A DNA stretch of 64,000 bases, from positions 1,984,001-2,048,000 of the forward strand of contig NEEC01000013.1 of NCBI GenBank assembly GCA_002189035.1, given 5' to 3'. Under the pieces are notes generated by a model. It saw only the letters and a program-made list of their open reading frames with translations. It made no database searches and was not told where the DNA came from. Shown here piece by piece: positions 1 to 12,709 of the stretch; within the stretch, counting starts at the first letter, position 1, and each line of letters begins with the position of its first letter. Origin of the DNA: Utricularia gibba (Eukaryota > Plantae > Magnoliophyta). Position numbers and translations under genes: made by a program.

Positions 1-346
1 ATAATGCATTGACTTAATGATTTAAAGATCAAAATCAGTTAGTTATAATAACATGTTGAATTAAATAAGTAATTTTATAAATTCGATAGATAATTATTTA
101 TAATAAAAATTAAATTAAAGTATTTATGATATAATTTTAATATTTAAGGATATATTTAATTAAAATTAAAATTCCAATTTTTAAAATATTCGGTTGAATA
201 TATTATGAAATAATTTAAATCTCAATTTAAAAATCATTCACGCGTCTCTGCCAATAAAATAAACAACGCTATTCTTTTCACCATTTTTACAAAGTTAAAA
301 AGGAAAAAGGTTGTTGGAAATCCTACGGCAGGGGACCAGTGCTCCT

Positions 347-457
347 CCACGTGTCGCCCGGTGACCGCTCTTTCTCCGGATCCAACGGCGGGAACCCTCG
401 CGTTGCCCGCCACCACCAGCCTTTTACCTCTTTGACGGACACAGACAAGACACGTGG
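347..457. promoter_or_regulatory. Inverted pair of ABRE/G-box elements (CCACGTGTC 347-355, GACACGTGG 449-457) flanking a GC-rich island upstream of the AAA ATPase
   Basis: Exact 9-bp reverse complements. ACGTGTC/ACGTGG is the established ABRE core. The surrounding DNA is very AT-rich. Confidence 0.5.
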
Positions 458-823
458 GGCGATTCCTTTCTTAACTTTTTCTATTTTATTTTTGTCTTTA
501 AATTTAAAAATTAAAATAATAATATTTTTTTGCAAAAATTAAATTTAATAAATATAATATTATTCGAAATTGGAAAACGGGAATTGTCCCAAATCGGGCA
601 TCACTAAAATTCTATTCTTTTTAGATGAAATTTGGTACAATAAAAGTTGTACTTCTATACCACTTGGATGTTGTACGATAAACTGTACGTTTTATGAGTC
701 CATGGAATCAGTAATTAGTATCCATGTTGATTGAAAATTGTAATATAATGAGTTGCTTATGTCTTGGGGGATATATATTTTATTTTATTTTATTTTTTAA
801 TATATAATTAATCATTAACTTAG

Positions 824-830
824 TATAAAA
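824..830 (+). promoter_or_regulatory. TATA box (TATAAAA) of the AAA ATPase gene
   Basis: Consensus TATAAAA about 85 bp upstream of ATG 913, followed by a GA-rich leader. Confidence 0.55.
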
Positions 831-912
831 GGAAAGAAAGAGAGCCGTTTGGTTCGTCCTGAAAGGTCAAAACCAGAGTGCCCCTGAAGAAGCTCAGCCT
901 GCTCCCACAACC

Positions 913-3086
913 ATGGCAGTTTCGATTCCGAGCATCCCGCCGCCGTCGTCTGTTTTCTCGGCCTACGCCTCCATCTCCGCCTTCTTCTTCCTCTTACAAA
1001 CCATAATAAACCAGTTTTTTCCAAGTTGGCTTCAAGAATACCTCCGGAGCCTCATTCTCCGATGGTTCTCTCCGACGTCCCGCACCGCTGCCGTCGTCAT
1101 CGAAAGATGGGATGGAATGTCGAGGAACGAAGTGTACGATGCCGCGGAAATCTACCTCTGCGCTAAAAACCGTCTCAACGTCGGGCGCCTCAAAGTCAGT
1201 AAGCGCTCCGCAGACTCTGAAATCTCCGTGAAGTTCGCCAGATCGGAGAAGATGGGCGATTTCTTCGAGGGCGTCAGCGTTGAATGGGAGTATTTCAAGG
1301 AAGAGTCCAAAGGCGGCGCTAGATCCATGGACGAGGACGCAGATGGGTCGTCTCCTGACTCGTGCAATCACTTCTTCGAGCTCTCGTTCGACAGAGCCCA
1401 CAAGCAGAAAATCATAGATTCCTACATTCCTTTTGTGATGGAGAGGGCGAAGCTGATCACAGAAGGGAAGCGCCTCATCAAGATCCATACTTTATCTTAC
1501 TCCTACTCTATGGGCGCAAACGGTGCCTGGGATTCGACCAATCTAGACCACCCATCCACCTTCACCACCCTCGCCATGGATCCCTTTCTCAAGAAATTCA
1601 TAATCGACGATTTGGACAGGTTCCTTCATCCCTTTTTCTGGAAAGTTTGATGTCCCTGCCATGAATAGCCAGATCAGGGTTCAATATCTGGAAATATGTG
1701 TTGCAACTTTTTTCATTTTAAAGCATCTGTAGCATCTGCAGTTGAATTTTGTGTCTGCATGCTCGTGTTTTCACAATGCGCATATGCAGATTTGTTGGGA
1801 GGAAGGAGCTGTATAAGAAAGTGGGGAAGGCCTGGAAGCGGGGGTACTTGCTGTACGGCCCGCCGGGCACCGGCAAGTCGAGCTTGATCGCGGCGATCGC
1901 CAACTACCTCAAGTTCGACATCTACGACTTGGAGCTTGGGAGCGTGAGGCGCGACTCTGATCTGAGGAAGGTGCTACTAAGGACCGCCAATCGGTCCATT
2001 CTCGTAATCGAAGACATCGACTGCTCTATCGACTTGCCGGAGCGAAACCTCGCCCCTTCGACGACCGGAATGTTGGAGCTCCCCGCCGCCGCGAGAACCA
2101 GGTCAGCCGCCTATTTCCGTATTTAACCCCAACCCTATCAGTGACACTTCCTGCTTGTTAAGGAAACTAAATCTTAATATTAAAACAAAAAAGCGATTAA
2201 TATTATTATTTAAAAAAATTAAATTTTATATGATATTTAATTAATAACTTTAATAAAAGTAGACATGACTCTGAATAAGTCCTCCAATATACAGATATTA
2301 ATATTTTAATAATATTATATCATGCATTTGTACTGCATGTGTTTTAATCAAATAAATTCCACTTTTTGATGAGGGGTTGTTATTATTATTATTATTATTT
2401 TAATTGCATGATTGTTTGTCATATTACATGTTGCTTACCTTTTAAAAGAGTTCAAAGTAAAAGGAATAAAGTGTGATGGTTGGCCATACCCTAATTTTGT
2501 CATTAGATGAACAGTTTTTTAATTATATTTTTATTATTAAAAAATAATAAAAATAATTATTTAATTTTTTAATAAAAGTTATTGAATGGAAAAATGTGTT
2601 TCTGCTTCTGATTATTTTACTTGTGGATCATGTGTTGTTTGGTGGCGAAAGTTCACACTTTCAGGGCTACTCAACTTCATAGATGGGTTGTGGTCGAGCT
2701 GCGGCCAGGAGAGGATCATCATCTTCACTACCAACGACAAGGGGAAACTCGACGCGGCGTTGCTGCGGCCGGGGCGCATGGATGTCCACATCCACATGTC
2801 GTACCTCACCGTCGCCGGAATGATCACCCTTGCCGAGAACTACCTCGACGGCTGCAGTCTTGCGGATCACCCCCGTTTCTCCCACGTCGAGGAGCTCATA
2901 AAGCGTGTCAATGTCACGCCGGCGGAGGTTGCCGAGGAGCTGATCAAGAGCGATGACCCGGACTACGCGATCGACGAGCTGATTTGCTTTCTGAAGGGAA
3001 GGAGAAGGCGATCATGGACGGACCAGACGTCGAAGGCGTGGAGTGAAACGAAGCTCGGGATTGCTTGTCTGCGTGTTTCCGTGTAG
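913..3086 (+). CDS. BCS1-like AAA+ ATPase (plant AAA_assoc family); exons approx. 913-1619, 1790-2101, 2652-3086; apparent 1-nt frameshift at 2053-2056
   Basis: N-terminal anchor plus AAA_assoc region, NLDHPSTFTTLAMD, Walker A GPPGTGKS, Walker B ILVIEDID, TLSGLLNFIDGLWSS and LLRPGRMDVHIHMSY. Introns 1620-1789 and 2102-2651 are GT-AG. The second junction is in phase only if one C is added at 2053-2056. The stop may be 3046 if the G run at 2996-2998 is also one base short. Confidence 0.93.
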
Positions 3087-3207
3087 TGAGTGAAGTTTGA
3101 GGACTGTGTGTGAGTTTCCCCGCGTGTTGTCCTGGTCGCCGGCAGGGATCGGGGGATATGAAATAAAAATGTAGAAGACGACGGTTAAGGGTAGAATGGT
3201 AATTTTA

Positions 3208-3286
3208 AGTTGAGATTGAAGGGGCTTTGTACCTTGGTATTTGGCTCTGTGCTTTGTACGACGATGAGTTGAGATTGAAGGGGCTT
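3208..3286. repeat. 20-bp perfect direct repeat AGTTGAGATTGAAGGGGCTT, two copies (3208-3227, 3267-3286)
   Basis: Read directly; 39-bp unique spacer between the copies. Confidence 0.9.
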
Positions 3287-3439
3287 CATTGTGTGTGGAC
3301 TCCTTCCTTGAACCGTGAGTCACTGTGCTGTGGAGATCTGCTGAATTCTACCTCTTCGGACGCGAAATTTCATCAATTGGGCCTCCTTGTTGTGTTGGGC
3401 GAACAGCAGTCACGTTGGGGAGGGAGGAGCCGGTGAGCG

Positions 3440-6400
3440 ATGAGGAAGCGGGATTTAGCCATTTTGATACTCTCCGCATTTGCCATCTTCTTCTCTCTTC
3501 AGGTAAGGCTGCAATTTTCGGGGACATAGTTAGGAATCCGGTGCTTTCTCGCTTATTCTTCTTGGTGGGTGGCTGATTTCCTGGTTTCTTAATATGGTAG
3601 CGCGAGGGGGATTTCTCGTTCAAAGAGGCATGGGTGCATCTGTCCGATGAATATCCGATTAAGTATGAGGCGGAGCGTCTCCCGCCGCCAATTGTAGTGG
3701 ACTTGAATGGAGATGGGAAAAAAGAGGTTCTTGTGGCTACCCATGATGCCAAAATTCAGGTGCCGTCGTGCGACGCGTTTTGAAGCATTAAATTGGAGTC
3801 TGGTTCCACTTTTCCGTTGATAAATCTCACTGTCAATATTGAGAGATCATGTTTCCAGGTGCTGGAGCCTCATATTATGCGTGTGGATGAAGGATTCAGT
3901 GATGCGCGATTGCTAGCAGAAGTCTCTCTTTTGCCTGACAAGGTCCGAATAGCTACAGGGAGACGTGCAGTTGCAATGGCTACTGGGATGATTGATAAAA
4001 GTTACAATAAAAGGGTGCCAATCAAGCAGGTCCTTGTTGTTGTAACATCGGGCTGGCATGTCATGTGTTTTGATCACAATCTAAACAAGCTTTGGGATGT
4101 AAACCTGCAGGTCAATGATGCATTCTATAGTTTTCTTTTCTCAGAAAAAATAACTGTTTTATTCGATTAAATTCATATTTGGGTCGTTATTCTTTATTGT
4201 TTTCTTAATTCCGTCAGTATCTTGGCAGAAAGATTTTCCCCATAACGCTCACCACATGGAAGTAGCCATTTCAGTTACTAATTATACCTTGAAGCACGGA
4301 GATGTAGGCTTGGTGGTTGTCGGAGGAAGGATGGAGATGCAACCTCATGTATGCTCTCTTGACTAAGTTAGCACTTCATATTTTTATAGTACCCTATCTA
4401 GTATATGTCTGGGATGCTTTAATGCGAACTTGCTGTATTCTTTTGATACATTCTCATTTTTTATCCCCAGATGCATTATGATCCATTTGAGGAGATTGGA
4501 ATTGCAGAGAAAAATGCTGAGGAGCATAGAAGAAGTGCCAAGGAGAAGGAGGTAACCACCACTGCCGTTGTTTTTATAATGATGTTAATGGTGCAATTGT
4601 GTTATTTCTATTACTTGCATGTTTGAAGTTGCTTGATGGTGATTTCAATGCTGTTTGTTGCTTGTTACATTTTTCTCTTTGCAGGATTCTGAAAATTCAG
4701 GAGCATCTGATTTGAGGCATTTTGCTGTATATGCCTTTTCTGGCCGTACTGGGGAGCTGCGCTGGAAAAGGAGTAAGGAGGTCGTCTCAGTTTCTGTGCA
4801 TTAACTGTGTTATTCTTTTTGAGATTGCATTGAAAAAAACTATGTCCTCTTTACTTCATGATTGAATCATCTGGTATGTTCGTATTAACATAGCAGCTTG
4901 ACACTTTTGATCTTGCAGAGCATTGAAGCTCAATCATCCGATGAGTCATTCGTGGTTCCCCAACACAATTACAAGTTAGATGTTCATGCATTGAACACAC
5001 GTCGCCCGGGAGAGGTATAGCATAGTAGATCATTTATGTGTGCGAAGTCGCGTTCACTTAATTAATTTTATTTTATGTTTTAGTAGAGTGATGTATCCAT
5101 GCCCCTGACTTCAATAAGGTGATATTGATAGATGTGCTAGAATAGAATAAATTAGTTTTCCTAAATAAATTCTAAAATGTATCAATTGGTATCTAAGTTA
5201 GATGCTCAGGAAATATTTTTAAAGCTTTCATCTGAACGAATTTATTTGCAATATTGGATTTTGTTCAGTTAGTGGTTATAGCTAATAATCTGATCGCTTG
5301 ATTTGTAGCATTTTTTTTTTTTATCAGCAAATGATATGTGGTGAATAGATGAGTGTTTTCTCTTGCAGCTTGAATGCAGGGAGTTCAGAGAATCCATTCT
5401 TGGGGTCATGCCACATCGCTGGGTAGATAGAGCTCTGCAGTTATCATTGTTTCCATGTTTTCATTGGCCCATTATTAATGTTGCGTTTCATGCTATCAGG
5501 AACGACGTGAAGACACTATTTTGAAGCTGGCTCATTTCAGGCATCATAAGAGGAAGACGATTAAGAAAGTTCCTGGAATGGCCACCAACTATCCCTTTCA
5601 TAAACCTGAAGAAAAGCATTCTCCTGGAAAAGATGTCACTGGAAAAGTCTCGAGTGTTATTGAGAAAGCCGTTAATGCAGCTAAATCTGGAAAGAAAAAT
5701 AAGGTGTGGTTTGGCAGGTTTTTTTGCACTTCCTGTAGACAAGTTTCTTCATTTTCACTCACTAGAAAATTTTCTTTCAAACAGATGCTTCGTTTTTGTT
5801 CTGCTGCCTTATGCTGATAATTTTCCGTTTCGTTTAAATGGTAATGGGTAATTTATGTGAATCTTGCTAACTATTATCTACTTTATATTTTTCAGCCTCT
5901 GCCATACATTCCTACCATAACAAATTATACACAGCTTTGGTGGGTACCTAATGTGGTTGTTGCTCACGAAAAGGAAGGCATTGAGGCTTTTCATCTGGCA
6001 TCTGGGCGCACACTATGTAAGGTGCGGTGTTGGGATCAGAAGCGTTGCAACCAACATAATTTTCAATTCAAAGTCACTTATACTTGCGATTGACGTGATT
6101 CTAATACCAAATTATTATATACCCAGCTACATCTTCAAGAAGGTGGCCTTCATGCTGATGTTAATGGTGATGGCGTTCTAGACCATGTCCAGGTATGCAG
6201 TTGACAAATATTTATGACTTGTGGTTTGTCTTTTGCCGCTGAAACTTGTGTCTGCGTTGGAACATGGAGTGTGTACTATCAAAACATCTTGCTCTTTTCA
6301 AGGTTGTGGGAGCAAATGGTGCTGAACAGACTGTTGTCAGTGGATCGATGGAAGTTCTACGCCCCTGTTGGGCTGTAGCAACATCTGGTGTCCCAGTTCG

Positions 6401-7153
6401 AGAGCAGTTATTTAATGCTTCCATATGCCATCACTCTCCCTTCAATGTCTTCCAATACGGGGAGAGTTCTCAAGAGGATTTGGACAGCAAGTCAATGCAC
6501 GGTCACTAGAGGTTGCTACACCCATTTTGATCCCAGGCCAGACGGCCATCGGCATCGCAAGGGTAGCCATGGCGATGTCATTTTCCTGACGAACAGAGGG
6601 GAGGTAAACCGTATGCTTTTTCATTCAAGATCCGTTGTTCTACAAACTAGAGGAAACTGATCTTTTTTTTCTGGGATAGGTGACTTCATACTCCCCAGGA
6701 ACGCATGGACACGATGTGATCTGGAACTGGCAAATCTTGACCGGTGCCACATGGTCTAACCTTCCTTCTCCCAATGGGTACACAGAATCAAAAGTGGTGC
6801 CAACACTGTTGCCATTCCCGTTGCAAAGGCATGATAGCCAAGAACTGATCCTTGCGGCTGGAGATCAGGAAGCTGTGATCATATCCCCTGGAGGAAGCAT
6901 CAAAACTACCCTGGATCTTCCCGCTCCTCCCACACATGCTCTAGTTATTGATGATTTCTCAAACGATGGGTTGGCGGATATCATACTCGTGACATCCACC
7001 GGGGTTTACGGCTTCGTCCAGACTAGGCAGCCTGGTGCACTCTTCTTCAGCACACTCGTCGGCTGTCTCATCGTCGTCATGGCGGTTCTGTTCGTCTCCC
7101 AGTACCTGAACTCCGGCAAAGGGAAGCCTCGGTTGTCATCCCCACAGATATGA
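3440..7153 (+). CDS. NERD1: FG-GAP repeat membrane protein, NERD1/At3g51050-like; multi-exon; two apparent 1-nt frameshifts (6459-6462, 6532-6534)
   Basis: MRKRDLAILILSAFAIFFSLQ start, PPPIVVDLNGDGKKEVLVAT, LWWVPNVVVAHEKEGIEA, HADVNGDGVLDHVQ, DDFSNDGLADIIL and a C-terminal TM segment ALFFSTLVGCLIVVMAVLFVSQ, all joined by GT-AG introns. Confidence 0.93.
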
Positions 7154-7339
7154 ACACCAGATACAGATGGATAGCAGGATGCTGGCTAGTTAGGACATGA
7201 TGCCAGGAGGGGGTTTTTCATGCTTTGCCAAGGCCTGTGCTCTCTACTTCTGAATCCAAGTGTATTTTCAACGGGATAGGTAAAAGAAACATTTTATTAA
7301 TCGGATTTTACTTATACTTATTTGACACGTCAGCATTTT

Positions 7340-7359
7340 CCGGCCGGCCGGCCGGCCGG
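7340..7359. repeat. (CCGG)5 pure-GC self-complementary microsatellite
   Basis: ccggccggccggccggccgg read directly, about 190 bp after the NERD1 stop in AT-rich sequence. Confidence 0.95.
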
Positions 7360-8316
7360 CTCATCAAGCTAAATGTCATCTTATCATTTTGTTTATTTGA
7401 AATGGGTAATTATTTCTGTTGATACGTCGTCTTCTTATGGACCCGCAAAGATTGCATAATTTCGTTTGACAAAGAAATGATGATGGCTCCATGCTAACCT
7501 CATCCATCGCCTTCTCATAACTTAGCTCTGAATTTCTAGATACCTTTGGAGAATAAAAAAAAAAAACTAATATTTTAATGAACTGTGTGGTGCTGTTGGG
7601 TGAACACCATTGATGGCTGCATCGCACCTGTAACTTAAAAAGCAGAAGAAGAAGAAGCATATCCGAGTCCAGTCCAGTCCTGGGATGTGTCGGTGACCCA
7701 TCACACTTCGGAGCAATTATTGCAAAAGGTTTGAACTTCCTGCCTCTTCACACTTTAAAGTCATTCAATTGTTCAAATGATAGAAACGAGTACTTGTTGC
7801 TGAACTCGCTCAGACGCATTGAATGACGAATGTATCAAGACGCAAGAACAATGAAAAGTATCAGTTACCTGAAGATAGACCCTTTTCTAAGTTTTTACAG
7901 TCCCCATTTCAGAGCGGGGAAGAAGAAGGGGAGAAGGTAGACAGAGTTGAATCCGGGTAGCTTCTGATGTTAACCACGGGGTGAAAGTGGAATCGAATCT
8001 AATGCCACAATTATTTTAGTCTATTTCTATTCCCGTCATTTGACAGCCTGTTTTCGTGTGGACCAAATTGGCTCTTCTGCTGAAAAAAAAGAAAGGCCAA
8101 ACGGACTGATCAACCGACTGGACAGGTGTGGTCATACTGTGACATTTGTGTCAATGCATCTGCACTTCACTAACTAACTTCCCTCTGTAAAAGATGCCAT
8201 GCTCCCTGTTTCTTGATAACCATTTTCATGGGTTTTTGATTGTGCTTCAAAGAAGTGATTTTGGTGTCTTTATGGCCGCTTATGTTTTGTAGTTTGCTCT
8301 CTTTCCTGTGGTTGAA

Positions 8317-11300
8317 ATGGGGAGTTCCGGAGAGGAATGCTTTGGAAGAAATGAGGAGAAGATTTTTGTGTCCGTGAGAGTGAGGCCTTTGAATGCCAGT
8401 GAGATGTACAGGAATGATGTTTCAGACTGGGAGTGCGTTAATGGTGACACAATTGTTTACAAGAATGGATGTCTCTCTGCCTCAGAGAGATGCATGTATC
8501 CCACTCACTACACCTTTGGTGAGAAAAGGAAAACACCTTATTTCTCTTAAGCTTCTCCTCTGTGATTCTGTATCTAGAGGATTATTGCAATTTGACATTT
8601 CATGGTTAATGAGATGCATTCAGCTGTTTTTATTCATGGTTTTGGGCTTTGAAACCTATGAGATCCCTTTCCAGATTTGTTTCAATTGTTATGGCCATCT
8701 TCTGGAACCTCTCTTCCAACATACTTTGCTAGTTTTGCACAGCAGCCTGTGGGTGAGGAAATCTCTGTAAACTCTTGTTGTTTTATATAGACAGAGTATT
8801 CAGTAGTGACTCCACAACAAGGGAAGTGTACGAGAAAGGAGCCAGGGATGTTGCACTATCTGTTCTTCATGGAATGAACTGTGAGTTCATTCAATTTTCT
8901 GAACCTGTGTACACTTTTTTTTTGCTTCATATGCCTAAGCAGATATGGTGTTGCATTCTGCAGCAACAGTTTTTGCTTATGGGCAAACGAGCAGTGGGAA
9001 GACATACACAATGAGTGGAGTAACCGAATATGCACTAGCTGATATATATGAGTACATCAGGAAGGTAAACATGCTACTGCTATATTGAAATTTGCACCAT
9101 GAATTTCAGTAATATGAACCCTGGGAACTGTTTCAGAACCCAGAAAGAGATTTTGTATTGAAGTTTTCAGCCATGGAGATCTACAATGAGTGTGTGAGGG
9201 ATCTCCTTAGTATGGATAGCACTCCATTAAGGCTTCTAGATGATCCAGAGGTAAGCTTTAGATCTGCAGTTTCTTGGGTGTTTGCTTTTCCCACAAATAT
9301 ATTTTTTTTCCAGAGAGGAACTGTAGTTGAGAAACTCACTGAGGAGGCCATAAGTAACTGGAGCCATATGATTCATCTGCTTTCAGTATCTAAAGGCAGG
9401 CAGCTACTCCTAATTTTCTTTAGATGGTGACTTCATCTCTTCGTTCTCATTTGTCTGTGATTGTTGCAGCTCAGAGGCAAATTGGGGAGACTCTTCTTAA
9501 TGAAATGAGCTCCAGATCTCATCAGATAATCAGACTAGTAATGCTTTTGTTCCAGTTGTATCCATATGGCCTTCGCAGACAATATGCTTTTGAAATCTTC
9601 GTTTTTTTTTCTTCTGATAACAATGCTTTCGCAGACAATTGAAAGCTCTTCTCGGGACAGCACAAGCACCCTGGAGGCTTCAGTGGTAGAGATCTTACCA
9701 TGAACAAAACATCTCTTTTGAACATGTAGTTATTGTCTCTGATGGAGGATCACATCTCATTGTAATACAGAACTTTGTCGATCTTGCGGGAAGTGAACGT
9801 GCCTCGCAATCCTTTTCAGCAGGTGCACGGCTTAAAGAAGGCTCCACATAAACCGCAGCTTGCTTACATTAGGAACTGTCATTCGCAAGCTGAGGTCTGT
9901 TCAGCATTTTAATGATGCAAACCTGAGACTGCAACGGTTGAGCCTGTGTTTTAAATGACCTTTTCAGCAAAGGGCGTGGCGGGCACATTCCTTTCCGGGA
10001 CTCTAAGTTAACCCGAATTCTGCAAACATCATTAGGAGGGAATGCAAGAACAGCGATTATCTGCACAATGAGCCCGGCTCGAAGTTTTGTTGAGCAATCA
10101 AGAAACACTCTTCTCTTTGCAAGCTGTGCAAAAGAGGTGACTACCAGTGCTCAAGTCAATGTTGTCATGTCCGACAAAGCCTTGGTGAAGAGCTTGCAAA
10201 AGAAAGTAGAGAAGTTAGAAGATGACCTGAGAAGCTCCAAGTCGGAGTACGCTTCTGCAAATTTTGCGGCATTCATAAGAGAGAGAGATCTACAGATTGA
10301 GAAGGTATTAAATCAAGGCTTTTCTTTTGAACCTGTGAAACCACGTTGAAGTATTTCTTTGTTGTTGAAGCTTGAGGCAGACATTCAGGAACTTATTTTG
10401 CAACGAGATATTGCTCAATCAAAAGTTAGAGATATGCTTCAGATTCTTGAAAGCGGCAACCAACTGGTAAAAGCATTCCTTTTGCTGAACATTCTCCTTG
10501 ATGATTTTTCCTCTTTCTGTATCCATCACGTCTCCCTGATTCCTTCCCAGGTGGGATTCAATCACTACCCTTGCTTTCGAGTTGAGAGATCGATAGATAA
10601 CAGGATCGAGGAGAGAGAGACTTCATGTCGGACAGAGCCATGCTCATCCATCATGGATAGACACACAGCAAACGTTCCATATGTGCATGAGAACCTTGTG
10701 ATTTCACAAAGAATGTCAGCCAGCAGTTCAAGCATTAGCGAGAGCTATTCGTTTAATGGTTGGGATGAAATGGAGAAACAAAGTGAGATATCTTTGGAGG
10801 AGACGCGCAAAGTCCACTGTATTGAAACGGCAGATGATGAAGAATCATACTGCTTGTGCTCCAAGGGGATCCATGGACATCCTCAAGAGTTTATAAATGG
10901 GAATCAGGGAGTTGCTGAAGCATCATTGACTCTGGAAAAAGATCATGAGCAGAATACCTCGAGAAGTGTTTGTGGAAGGAATACAGAGTATGAGATTGAA
11001 TCTAAGTTTGCTTATCTTCTTGAGACTCCTCCTGGAAATCCTCTGATAAATGAAATATATAGAGATTCTTCCATCCATAGCAGGCTGAAACTCAGTAGAA
11101 GTAGGAGCTGTCAAGCGAGCATTCTCGATTCAGCATCATCATTGTTCAAGATGAACGTCAGTGGCAATAGCAACACCTCATCTTTTGGCACAGAAAGAGA
11201 ACATCAACATTTTGCCAAGGAGCCAATTCCATTAAGCTCAAGTTCCGACTTCCAGAGTTCAGCTACAATAGATTCGCAGTTCTCTCTGGAAAGAGAGATT

Positions 11301-12194
11301 CCAACACAGGTCAATGGCCCAAACCTGAAACTGTGGCTGTGGAGGATGTTAACAGCAGTACTTGTGGCAAACACGAAGTAACAGAAGTTTTGACAAAGCA
11401 ACAGGTAAGCACTATAAATTATAATTACAACTACCTTGTTCTGTTAACTGGTTTTCCACTTACTGATTCAGTTGGAGGCAAGGAGCGACAAACCAGCATA
11501 CAAGAACACGAATGATGTACCAATAGATCCCATTAAACATGGTGATGAAGAAGTCCAATGTGCTGCTAGTTGGCATGTGGAGTTCAAGACACTCCAACAA
11601 GAGATCATTAAGCTTTGGCATGATTGCAAAGTCTCCTTGACGCACAGAACTTATTTCTTCCTGCTTTTCCAAGGTGATTCTTCAGATTCCGCCTATCTTG
11701 ATGTCGAGCGAAGGAGAATGAAGTTCTTGAAGAACAAACTATCTGCTGGAGAAAAGATCTACTTCAACAGAAAGATTATAACTCTGGCTTCAAGGTACAA
11801 CCTTGCAATTTTTCCAGTCATCAGGAACAAACTTCTCGATATAGCAATCATTTTTGCCTTTGCCATTGTCAGTTCTAAGGCTCTTCACGAGGAGAGAAAG
11901 ATGCTATGTCGTAGAATGTCGAAGAAGCTCTGTGAACAAGAAAGAGTGACTCTGTTCCTGAAATGGGGAATCAGTCTCAACTCCAAACAGAGAAGGCTAC
12001 AATTAGCTCAACGCTTGTGGGATCAACCAAATGACATGGAGCATGTTCTAGATAGCGCTTATCTCGTCGGAAAACTCATGGATTTCGTTGCACCTGCTGT
12101 GGCTACTAACAAGGAAATGCTTGGTCTCGACTTCACTCCAAGCAAATTTTCAACAACTTACAGTTTCAGACGAGGCCTCACCTCCTTGGCATGA
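8317..12194 (+). CDS. KIN7: Kinesin-7 (NACK/CENP-E related, At3g51150/At5g66310-like) with C-terminal DUF3490-type region; apparent frameshifts at 9844-9845 and 11318-11320
   Basis: [14 protein letters not shown]-loop [11 protein letters not shown], switch [11 protein letters not shown], switch [32 protein letters not shown], and C-terminal [28 protein letters not shown]...[12 protein letters not shown]. Confidence 0.93.
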
Positions 12195-12709
12195 TCGGTT
12201 GCCTCTTTACTGCAATGATTATTCACGCTGTACTATGTCTTTTTCTTCAATAAAAACATATAAGAGGAAGAAAGAAGTAAAAGGTATTCATTTCCATTAT
12301 CAGTCAGAATTTTCTCTTAATTTCCAAAACAAACGTGCCACCTCCGTCACCCCCTTGCGGCCACGCCTGAGAGAGTAAGTACCTTCGGTTTCTCTCATCA
12401 AATCCCCGTACTCGCCGTTGCCGAGCCATCCATTGATATCAAATTCTGCTGCATTGCCCATCATAACCTCCAGTTCCACTCATCTTCCTGCCGCCAATGA
12501 GCTTGTTCAGCTTTTCTGCCTCCACCACGGGACAGAACCAGAGTGCGCTTGCTAAATGTTGGATGATTCGATCTCTCTCACTGCGCTTCCACAATGTGTT
12601 TTGTGTTTATTTTTTTCTCTTTCCAGAAGGCATTCAATGTTACTGGTGAGGTAACGACGGTCCAGAATTATGCTGTTGGAACACCGATGAAGCAGATTAA
12701 CTGTACACT

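Noticed and set aside
3208-3286. CRISPR-like repeat-spacer-repeat
   Set aside because: Only two copies of 20 bp, no cas genes, and the DNA is plant nuclear. Treated as an ordinary direct repeat.
7470-7540. Possible C/D box snoRNA (ATGATGA ... CTGA)
   Set aside because: The boxes span only about 55 nt, the terminal stem is weak, and I could not identify an rRNA or snRNA complementary guide.
7376-7910. Minus-strand small gene (94-aa ORF, donor near 7868)
   Set aside because: No coherent spliced ORF or recognisable motif. The region is better explained as the kinesin promoter and 5' UTR.
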